Shown here piece by piece: positions 1 through 6,689 of a DNA stretch of 12,618 nt. The notes under the pieces were generated by a model. The model saw nothing but the letters and a program-made list of their open reading frames with translations, was not told the origin of the DNA and ran no database searches. The stretch is from Candidatus Hydrothermales bacterium. Its GTDB lineage: Bacteria > Hydrothermota > Hydrothermia > Hydrothermales > JAJRUZ01. The DNA lies in contig JBCNUW010000031.1 in NCBI GenBank assembly GCA_039630575.1, positions 1 to 12,618 on the forward strand, in the 5' to 3' direction. The translations under genes were made by a program, and so were the position numbers. How positions within the stretch are numbered: the stretch's first letter is position 1; every line of letters starts with the position of its first letter.

Positions 1-2
1 AA

Positions 3-83
3 ATATTTGATATTACAGGAAGAAAATTAAGAGATATTAATAAAAGAAATAAAATTTATATTATTAGAAAAGAGAAAAAATAA
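3..83 (+). CDS. 3' end of a gene entering from the left; T9SS/Por C-terminal sorting domain-like tail
   Basis: Frame starting at 3 reads IFDITGRKLRDINKRNKIYIIRKEKK* (TAA 81-83). IFDITGRKL...IYII...KK resembles the IYDxxGRxV...GxYxx...Kxx pattern of type A sorting domains. Only 26 codons are visible. Confidence 0.45.
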   Translation: MFDITGRKLRDINKRNKIYIIRKEKK

Positions 84-560
84 GGTAAATTTATGAGAAG
101 TAGAAATTGTATTTGAAAGTCTTTTATTTTTTTAGATTTTTCAATATTAAAATTTTTTGGTCTTTTAAAATTAATACAATTTTTGTCCTGTAGTCTAATA
201 TAAAAATCTAACTTTTATTAAGATATAAAATAGAATAGGAGGGAGTCAATATTTTCTTTCTATTTTTTATTTTTCGGATTTTATTTAGAATATATATCAA
301 CTTTTGAAGAAGATAAACAGGATCCTGATTTTATAAATTTTTGTATAAGTTATTTTTATTTTTCATCTATATGAAGAGATTCTTTTATTCTTTGGTAAAA
401 AGTTTGCTTCATTATATAATTTTTTAATTTTTAGAGCTTCTCTTTTTTTATGCATTTTCGAACTGGTTGAAAAATTTATATACAACCTCAAAATACCTTT
501 CTTTATACTCCTATTTTAAACAAAATTTCGGTTAGATTTTTGCTGAGTCAACTTATAAAT

Positions 561-590
561 TTGAAAAAAGTTTCTGAGCTGCTTTATAAT
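561..590 (+). promoter_or_regulatory. sigma70-type promoter, probably driving a leaderless mRNA for the 597 gene
   Basis: TTGAAA (561-566), 18-nt spacer, perfect TATAAT (585-590). The ATG at 597 follows 6 nt later with no Shine-Dalgarno. Confidence 0.7.
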
Positions 591-596
591 TAAAAT

Positions 597-911
597 ATGA
601 AAAATTATGTTAAAATAATTTTTATAATATTTGGAATTATCTATTTGTTAGGTTGTGAGGGGCGGGTAAAGATAGGTGATTTACACAAAGAACCCAGGAA
701 GTATGTTGATAAAACAGTAGTGATCAAAGGAAAGGTTATGAAATTATCAAATTTTCCAGTTAGGTCTTTTGAAATAGAAGATGGAACCGGTAAGATTACA
801 GTAATTACCAAAAAGCCGTTACCAAGGGAAGGAGAAACGATAAAAATAAAAGGGAAAGTTAAATATCAAGAGGGATTATTTACACGAGGAATCACAATAG
901 AGGAAGAATAA
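597..911 (+). CDS. Small OB-fold lipoprotein (extracytoplasmic OB fold)
   Basis: Basic N-terminus, hydrophobic stretch and lipobox LLGC (C20). The mature part has the OB-fold pattern KTVVIKGKV...FEIEDGTGKITV...GETIKIKGKV. Confidence 0.75.
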   Translation: MKNYVKIIFIIFGIIYLLGCEGRVKIGDLHKEPRKYVDKTVVIKGKVMKLSNFPVRSFEIEDGTGKITVITKKPLPREGETIKIKGKVKYQEGLFTRGITIEEE

Positions 912-992
912 ATTAAAATGAAGATATTTTTATACAGTTACTTAATTTCATAAAAAAATACTTCAAATTATAAACTAAAAAGAGAGCAGAAT

Positions 993-1427
993 ATGGAAGA
1001 ACTAAAAAAATTTTGTGATTTGGTGGAAAGTACTGATTTAAAACTTATTTCAGATTTGAAAAAATTTTTAAGTGAAAATTGCCCTAATTGGAGAAAGATT
1101 GTAAGGGATCCTAACAACTGGGATAAAATTGAAAAACTACAGCCAACTTGCAAATTCGAATCATTTTGTGAAATGATTTTAGAAGAAGCTGGAATAGATC
1201 TTATAGTACGTTGGTTATCTTCTTCGCATAATAGATTAAGAGAATATGCTGCAAAGAAGTTTCTTGATAAGGTAAAGTGGTATGACCCCCTCTCCATTTT
1301 AAATCCACAGCTTTGGGGAAAACTACCGGATGATGCAAAGGAATGGGTTATTTGTGAAATGTTTAAAGAATGGGAAGAGAGACTTAAAAACCTCAGGATA
1401 TATTGCAGGATATATTGGAAAACATAG
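993..1427 (+). CDS. Hypothetical helical protein; probably the N-terminal part of a frameshifted gene continuing in 1403-2371
   Basis: 144-aa ORF with ATG start and the local Lys/Glu-rich composition. It overlaps the next ORF by 25 nt; that ORF lies in the -1 frame. Confidence 0.65.
   Translation: MEELKKFCDLVESTDLKLISDLKKFLSENCPNWRKIVRDPNNWDKIEKLQPTCKFESFCEMILEEAGIDLIVRWLSSSHNRLREYAAKKFLDKVKWYDPLSILNPQLWGKLPDDAKEWVICEMFKEWEERLKNLRIYCRIYWKT
1394..1417 (+). repeat. Perfect 12-bp tandem duplication CAGGATATATTG x2
   Basis: 1394-1405 and 1406-1417 are identical. They encode QDIL-QDIL in the downstream frame and RIYC-RIYW in the upstream frame. Confidence 0.9.
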
Positions 1428-2371
1428 AGTTTGACCGAAGAAAAAAATTTGGTTATTTTTTTGATTATGGTTCTTTATCACTCTTAGGTTACTTATCCTA
1501 TTTATCACAGTATATAAACTCTTTGGTTCAGCCTCATTTTATTTGGCGACTTCAATCAATAGTTGAAAGGGCAGGAGACAAAAAATTTTTAAAAATAATA
1601 AAAGATAAGATTAAGGAGTTTGAAGAAATAGCTAAAAAAATTGAGAATAAAATATTTTCTTTTCCCTCTCCAACTATAACCAGTCGTATTCCTTACACCC
1701 CTAATAAAAATGAAAGAGAACTTATCACACGTGCATTAAATATTTTTAAGAAAAATGGATATCTTTACTCTCCCTTACCTGAAATTTACATTTCTTTAGA
1801 AACTCCTCCTATATTTATTTTTTATCCAGAACTTGAAGAAGAAGTTTTTGAAGAAAGGAAAGAAATTTATGAAGAAAAAAGACCCTGGAAAGAGAGGGAA
1901 AAACCTGAAACAATTTCTATTGAAGACCTTTTAGGATGTTATATTCCAGAGAAGCAAATGATACTTCTATATCAAAGGGGAATAGAGTGGGAGGCTAAAA
2001 AATATCAGATTTCTGAGGAAAGAATTAGAGAAATAGTACTTCTCCATGAGATAGGGCACTGGATAACTCATCTTTTACCTAAACAAGGTGTACCTCCTTG
2101 GCCTCTTGAATTTTACAAATTGACTTCACCAGAGGTTCATGAAGGATGGGCACAACTTATTACATACTGGGTAGTAAAAGATGTAAAGGGAGAATTAGAG
2201 AAAGTTTTTGAAGAAATGGATAAGCATCAACCATCTGAATATCATGTATATAAAGATTTTGCAAATTATAATCAGGACAAAGTGATTTCTTCACTGGAGG
2301 TTTTAAGAAGAATTTCTCGCTCAGTGGAGATTAAAGACTGGGAAAATATTTTAAAATTTGAATTATTCTAA
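1403..2371 (+). CDS. HExxH zinc-metallopeptidase-like protein (gluzincin type), soluble
   Basis: VLLHEIGHWITH (H codons 2045 and 2057) plus downstream HEGWA (E codon 2141, 28 residues after the second His), preceded by a zincin-like LLGCY...ILLY strand pair. No signal peptide. The TTG start is doubtful because the frame is already open from 1388. Confidence 0.75.
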   Translation: MQDILENIEFDRRKKFGYFFDYGSLSLLGYLSYLSQYINSLVQPHFIWRLQSIVERAGDKKFLKIIKDKIKEFEEIAKKIENKIFSFPSPTITSRIPYTPNKNERELITRALNIFKKNGYLYSPLPEIYISLETPPIFIFYPELEEEVFEERKEIYEEKRPWKEREKPETISIEDLLGCYIPEKQMILLYQRGIEWEAKKYQISEERIREIVLLHEIGHWITHLLPKQGVPPWPLEFYKLTSPEVHEGWAQLITYWVVKDVKGELEKVFEEMDKHQPSEYHVYKDFANYNQDKVISSLEVLRRISRSVEIKDWENILKFELF

Positions 2372-3079
2372 AAACAATTTCCTGATCCTGTGAGCATCAT
2401 CAAGTAGTTCTCTTTTTTCTTTCACAACTACTTTGCCATTTTTCATTACAATTACCTCGTCAACTCTTTCTTTTAAGAGTTTTAAATTGTGTTCCACAAC
2501 AAGTATAGTGATATTACTTTCATTTTTTATCTTTGTAATACTTTCTAAGATTGTTGAAGCTGTTGATGGTGCAAGCCCGGCAGTTGGTTCATCAAGCAAA
2601 AGAATATCTTTCCTTTTCATAAGAATCATACTTATTCCCAGGGCCTGTCTTTCACCCCCTGACAATAAGCCTGCTCTTAAATTAAGTTTTTCCTTTAAAA
2701 AAGGAAAATAATTTAAAACCTTTTCAATCCCATCTTTTATCTCTTTTTCTGGGAGCTCAAACCCTGAAAGTTCAAGATTTTCTTTTACACTTAAAATAGG
2801 GAATATATTTTTCACCTGTGTTAAATACCCTATTCCCATATTTATTCTTTTTATTGGTGAAAGATGAGTTATTTCCCTCGTTTTAAAGAATACCTTGCCT
2901 TTAAATGGTTTTAAAAGACCAGCCATTACTTTTATTAATGTTGATTTTCCAGAGCCATTTGGTCCGATAAGAAGTGTAAAGTTTCCCTTTTTTATCTCTA
3001 AATTTACATCAAAAAGAACTTCCCTTTTACCATATCCTGCAGATATTTCCTCTGCTTTTAAAATAACCTCATCTTTCAT
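2363..3079 (-). CDS. livF: Branched-chain amino acid (HAAT) family ABC transporter ATPase, LivF-like
   Basis: ISAGYG start motif, Walker A GPNGSGKST, signature LSGGERQ, Walker B LLLDEPTAGLAP, H-loop VEHN. Confidence 0.93.
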   Translation of the reverse strand: MKDEVILKAEEISAGYGKREVLFDVNLEIKKGNFTLLIGPNGSGKSTLIKVMAGLLKPFKGKVFFKTREITHLSPIKRINMGIGYLTQVKNIFPILSVKENLELSGFELPEKEIKDGIEKVLNYFPFLKEKLNLRAGLLSGGERQALGISMILMKRKDILLLDEPTAGLAPSTASTILESITKIKNESNITILVVEHNLKLLKERVDEVIVMKNGKVVVKEKRELLDDAHRIRKLFLE

Positions 3080-3838
3080 TTAAATACCTACATATATTTC
3101 TCTTACTTCCTTTGCAAAGAGTACATGATCTGATCTTCCAAAGAAAGCAATCTTCCCTTCATTCATAAAATATACCCAATCTGCAAGGTTAAGTATTACA
3201 CTCATGTTATGTTCAATAATAGCAACAGTTTTCTTTTCTTCTTCAATAATTTTTCTAAGTAAATTCTCAATTTTTTTTATCATTTCAGGATAAACTCCTG
3301 CAGTTGGTTCATCTAATAGAAGAACATCATATTTTCCTGCCATTAGTCTTGCAAAGGAAAGAAGTTTTTGTTGTCCAAAAGAAAGTTCAAAGGCATATTT
3401 ATTTTTCTCATTCTCAAGACCTACAAATTCAAGCCAATGCATAGCCTCCTCAGCGTATATATTTTTAATTTTTCTTGTATAAAAAGGATTAGTCCACGCC
3501 CAAAAAGGATTTTCAAATTTTCTTTCTTGTAAAGAAACAATAACATTTTCAAGAACGGATAAGTTTTTAAATATTCTTACATCTTGAAAAAGTCTTCCAA
3601 TCCCTTTTTGTGCAATCTTCCACGGGGATAGTCCTGTTATATCTTCTTCTTCAAGAAAGATTTTACCACTGTCAGGCTTAAGATTGCCGGTTATAAGGTG
3701 AAAGAGTGTTGTTTTTCCAGCACCGTTTGGTCCAATAAATCCTGTAATTCTTGATGGTAGAATACTGAGTGTTACTTCCTTTACAGCCCATAAATCACCG
3801 AAACGCTTACTTACATTAAATAATTTTATCTTTTTCAT
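3080..3838 (-). CDS. livG: HAAT family ABC transporter ATPase, LivG-like
   Basis: VSKRFG, Walker A GPNGAGKTT, GIGRLFQ, LSFGQQK, LLLDEPTAG, IEHNM, C-terminal VREIYVG. Its stop abuts the livF ATG. Confidence 0.93.
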   Translation of the reverse strand: MKKIKLFNVSKRFGDLWAVKEVTLSILPSRITGFIGPNGAGKTTLFHLITGNLKPDSGKIFLEEEDITGLSPWKIAQKGIGRLFQDVRIFKNLSVLENVIVSLQERKFENPFWAWTNPFYTRKIKNIYAEEAMHWLEFVGLENEKNKYAFELSFGQQKLLSFARLMAGKYDVLLLDEPTAGVYPEMIKKIENLLRKIIEEEKKTVAIIEHNMSVILNLADWVYFMNEGKIAFFGRSDHVLFAKEVREIYVGI

Positions 3839-4728
3839 TTTATTTCGTATTCACCAGCAAGCCCGCGTGGTCTTAAAAACATTAAAATAACAAGCAAAAA
3901 ACCATATATAATCTGTCTTACATTTGGTGCAATAGTATCAGGGATTCCCATGAATCTCAGTATTTCTGGCAAAATAATCATAAATATGACACCTGCAAAT
4001 GGACCTTTTATGTTTCCAGAACCACCAATAAGTAAAATACATATATGGAATATGCTTTCCTCAATTGTAAAGGATGTGGGATCAATATAAGTAACATAAG
4101 AAGCATAGAGAGCACCTGCAGCCGAAGTAAATATACCAGTTATAACAAAAGCATAAAGAAAATATCTGAAAACTGATTTACCAAGTGATTCACTAACTTT
4201 TTCGTCCTCTCTCATACTTTTTAAAGCCAGCCCAAAAGGAGAATTATAGAGAATAAAAAGTAAAGAAAGAAAAACAAGGTTTATAAGTAAAATAAGGATC
4301 AGATATTCAAATAAAGAATTTATAGAAAGTTTTAATCCAACTTCTTTAAAAGAGATATTTATTAAAGGTCTTGGAATCGCAGGAATTCCATAAGGTCCCC
4401 TTGTAAGAGAAACCCAATTGTATAAAATTGTAAAAATTATCATTTGAAAGCTGAGTGTTACAATGACAAACATATCCCCTCTAAATCTTAACGCAGGAAT
4501 AGCGATTAAGAATGCAATAATACCTGTTATAATTAAAGAAGCAATTAGTGAAGGTATAAAGGAAAAATTTAAGTGGATTGCTGTTAAGGTATAAACATAT
4601 GCTCCTATACCATAAAAAACTGCATTGGATAGGGAGATGAGTCCACAAAAACCTGTTGTAAGATTAAGAGAGTAGGCAACTATTGAATATATTCCAATCA
4701 TTATTAAAATATGAAGAAGATAGTTCAT
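3835..4728 (-). CDS. livM: HAAT family ABC transporter permease, LivM-like
   Basis: Polytopic membrane protein with SLNLTTGFCGLISL, LRFRGDMF, LTRGPYGI, SPFGLALKSMREDE, IGGSGN, LPEILR and RPRGL motifs. ATGA overlaps with both neighbours. Confidence 0.92.
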   Translation of the reverse strand: MNYLLHILIMIGIYSIVAYSLNLTTGFCGLISLSNAVFYGIGAYVYTLTAIHLNFSFIPSLIASLIITGIIAFLIAIPALRFRGDMFVIVTLSFQMIIFTILYNWVSLTRGPYGIPAIPRPLINISFKEVGLKLSINSLFEYLILILLINLVFLSLLFILYNSPFGLALKSMREDEKVSESLGKSVFRYFLYAFVITGIFTSAAGALYASYVTYIDPTSFTIEESIFHICILLIGGSGNIKGPFAGVIFMIILPEILRFMGIPDTIAPNVRQIIYGFLLVILMFLRPRGLAGEYEIK

Positions 4729-5606
4729 ATTTCCTCAATCCTTTTCTTTGTTCCTATTATTCCCTGTGGTCTTAAAAGGAGTATAAGAATAAGGATTAAA
4801 AATGTAGCAAGTGGTGCCCAGTTTGCAGAAAATTTCCATATAACAAGGCTCTGAATTAAAGCAATAGTAAAGCTTCCTAAAATCCATCCACTTAGTCTAT
4901 CTATCCCCCCAATTATAACTGCAACAACAGAAGTAAGTAAGGCAGGAAGACCCACATGCGGGTTTGTCCCTATGTCAATGACTGTTAAGAGAGAAGAAGT
5001 AAATACAAAAAAAGAACTTATTATAAAGGCAAGTTTTCTTAAATTATAAAAAGGTAAACCAAGGGAAATTAAAAGTTCTGGCTCATCCCCCATCGCCCAT
5101 AGTGCTTTTATTATTTTTGATTTTTTTGCCATTATAGAAAAAATAAGAATAAGAATAAAGCCTATCAAAGCTTGAATAATCTGAATTCTTGTTAGCATAA
5201 TCCCATAAAAAGAATAAGAAGGTTGAACTCCTTCAAGTATTATCTTTATCTCGTTCCCGAAGATAAGAGCTATTAAATTAACAATGATTATATAAATACC
5301 AAGTGAAGCAATAAAAATAACTCCAGAAGATGATTTTTTTTCATAAAAAGGTAAATATACAAATCTTTCAATAAGATAACCAGATACTGAAATAGAAAAT
5401 AAACTTAAAATTAGTGAGATAAAAAAAGGTAATTTTAAAACTTTAAAAAATGTAAAAAAAAGATAAGCTGATAATGTATAAAATCCTGCATAGGCTATAT
5501 GGAAAATCCTTGTAGTTCTATAAACAATTCCGAAACCTATTGCAAGTAAAGAATAAATAATTCCATTTATTAGTCCATTTATAAAAAGTTGAAAAAGGGC
5601 TCCCAT
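4725..5606 (-). CDS. livH: HAAT family ABC transporter permease, LivH-like
   Basis: QLFINGLINGIIYSLLAIGFGIVY...FHIA at the N-terminus, VIIGGI, C-terminal LLLRPQGIIG, multiple TM segments. Confidence 0.92.
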   Translation of the reverse strand: MGALFQLFINGLINGIIYSLLAIGFGIVYRTTRIFHIAYAGFYTLSAYLFFTFFKVLKLPFFISLILSLFSISVSGYLIERFVYLPFYEKKSSSGVIFIASLGIYIIIVNLIALIFGNEIKIILEGVQPSYSFYGIMLTRIQIIQALIGFILILIFSIMAKKSKIIKALWAMGDEPELLISLGLPFYNLRKLAFIISSFFVFTSSLLTVIDIGTNPHVGLPALLTSVVAVIIGGIDRLSGWILGSFTIALIQSLVIWKFSANWAPLATFLILILILLLRPQGIIGTKKRIEEI

Positions 5607-5977
5607 TATTCTTTTAAAAGCTTATTAATCACTTCCATAATTTCTTCAGGATTTAATGGTTTTTTAAGGAAATACTTGGCACCGAGATTAAGCGCCTCAA
5701 CAGCATAATCAAATTCCCTGTAAGCACTCATAACAATAGGTATAGTCTTAAGAGAGTTTTCTTTTATATATCTTACAAGCTTTAAGCCATCCCTGTTTGA
5801 AGGGTCATTTTCATCAAGCCTAATATCAATAATTGCAATATCAATATTCTCTTTATCCAAAATTCCAACACCCTCATTATAACTTCTTGCCTTAAATACT
5901 TTGAACTTAAAAGATAAAATCATTTCAAGAGAGTCAAGATATTCCTCTATATCATCAACTATGAGTATTTTCTTCAT
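5606..5977 (-). CDS. Single-domain response regulator (CheY-like receiver, no output domain)
   Basis: KILIVDD, phosphoacceptor IAIID (D51 counting from the ATG at 5977), IVMSAY, FLKKP. The ORF track starts one codon earlier at a TTG (5980). The stop overlaps the livH start (TAATG). Confidence 0.93.
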   Translation of the reverse strand: MKKILIVDDIEEYLDSLEMILSFKFKVFKARSYNEGVGILDKENIDIAIIDIRLDENDPSNRDGLKLVRYIKENSLKTIPIVMSAYREFDYAVEALNLGAKYFLKKPLNPEEIMEVINKLLKE

Positions 5978-6090
5978 CAATTAATCTTTAATTCTAAAAA
6001 TTTTAGTAATTTCTGAACTCCGCTTTTTTTAAATTCAATTTCCTTTTAGACAAAAATCTATACTATCATAAACAATTAGTATTCTTTCTT

Positions 6091-6543
6091 TCATATTCTG
6101 TGGTGATGATGGGTTGGCTCGTATTTAAGAGCATTCCATATATTTTCAACTTCTTCAAAATCTTTTTCTTTAGGCTTTTCATTATTTATAACTTCTTCAA
6201 TCTTCCTTTTCAAATTGTCAAGATAAAAAGAAATGAAATGTTTATTAGAAATTACTTTAAGTTCTTCTTTGCTACAATCAGGGTGAGAAAGAAAAAAGAC
6301 GAGTACTTTTTTACCGCATTTTTTTGCTGTCCTCCATCCAACTGGATTTTCTGGTTCCTCAGGATTAAAACCTTCTATAATCCACAGTATACTTTTTTTA
6401 ACTATATCTTCAGGGACTATATTAAAATCTTTAAAAGTAAAATAATAAATATCCTCTTTTCTAAAATCAAAAACATAGATAAAAAATCTTAATAAAGCAA
6501 GTGCAAGTTCTTTGCTTCCTACTAAAATCAGGATATTATTCAT
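6091..6543 (-). CDS. Hypothetical protein; probable degenerate receiver (pseudo-REC) fold with C-terminal HHHH
   Basis: NILILVGSKELALALLRFF matches REC beta1-alpha1. ILWIIEGFNPEEPENPVGWRTAK parallels DIAIIDIRLDENDPSNRDGLKLVR of the neighbouring receiver. KVLVFF is a beta4 equivalent. The fold assignment is by eye. Confidence 0.6.
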   Translation of the reverse strand: MNNILILVGSKELALALLRFFIYVFDFRKEDIYYFTFKDFNIVPEDIVKKSILWIIEGFNPEEPENPVGWRTAKKCGKKVLVFFLSHPDCSKEELKVISNKHFISFYLDNLKRKIEEVINNEKPKEKDFEEVENIWNALKYEPTHHHHRI

Positions 6544-6551
6544 AGAGTTAA

Positions 6552-6581
6552 ATTTTAAACAATATAAAAATATAAAATCAA
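6552..6581 (-). promoter_or_regulatory. Putative sigma70-type promoter for the leftward operon (leaderless or near-leaderless)
   Basis: Minus strand: TTGATT (6581-6576), 18 nt, TAAAAT (6557-6552), then 8 nt to the ATG at 6543. No Shine-Dalgarno. Confidence 0.5.
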
Positions 6582-6630
6582 TTGTGATATCTTCATCCCA
6601 AATTATTGGTTTAATTTTCTAAAAGTTTAA

Positions 6631-6660
6631 TTGAAATTATGGAGTGTAAAAGTGTAAAAT
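6631..6660 (+). promoter_or_regulatory. Putative sigma70-type promoter for the rightward operon, overlapped by an AGTGTAAA tandem repeat
   Basis: TTGAAA (6631-6636), 18 nt, TAAAAT (6655-6660). AGTGTAAA occurs at 6643-6650 and 6651-6658. Confidence 0.55.
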
Positions 6661-6674
6661 CAAAAACATTAAAA

Positions 6675-6681
6675 AGGAGGT
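6675..6681 (+). promoter_or_regulatory. Strong Shine-Dalgarno for the binding-protein gene
   Basis: AGGAGGT, 8 nt before the ATG at 6690. Confidence 0.85.
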
Positions 6682-6689
6682 AAAAATCA

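Noticed and set aside
84..560. Possible gene remnants or small ORFs in the long AT-rich gap, including an orphan AGGAGGGAG at 237-245 and the palindrome CAGGATCCTG at 318-327
   Set aside because: Only short reading frames with no convincing start or recognisable motif. Cannot be distinguished from AT-rich noise without a tBLASTn/BLASTx search.
1394..1418. CAGGATATATTG(G) matches the core of Agrobacterium T-DNA borders and resembles IncP-type nic sites
   Set aside because: The rest of the 25-bp border (ending GTAAAC) is absent, there are no relaxase or conjugation genes nearby, and it lies in coding sequence. Most likely coincidence.
968..1508. Minus-strand ORFs 968-1297 and 1323-1508
   Set aside because: Antisense shadows of the plus-strand genes with Ser/Phe-rich unnatural composition.
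2433..3083. Plus-strand ORFs 2433-2711 and 2895-3083
   Set aside because: Typical antisense shadows of an ABC ATPase gene (livF).
5991..6010. Imperfect inverted repeat CTAAAA-A-TTTTAG between the two receiver genes
   Set aside because: Almost entirely A/T and too weak for a terminator; expected by chance at this composition.
6100..6492. Plus-strand 130-aa ORF
   Set aside because: Phe/Ile-rich antisense shadow of the 6091-6543 gene, which has the better composition, operon orientation and promoter.
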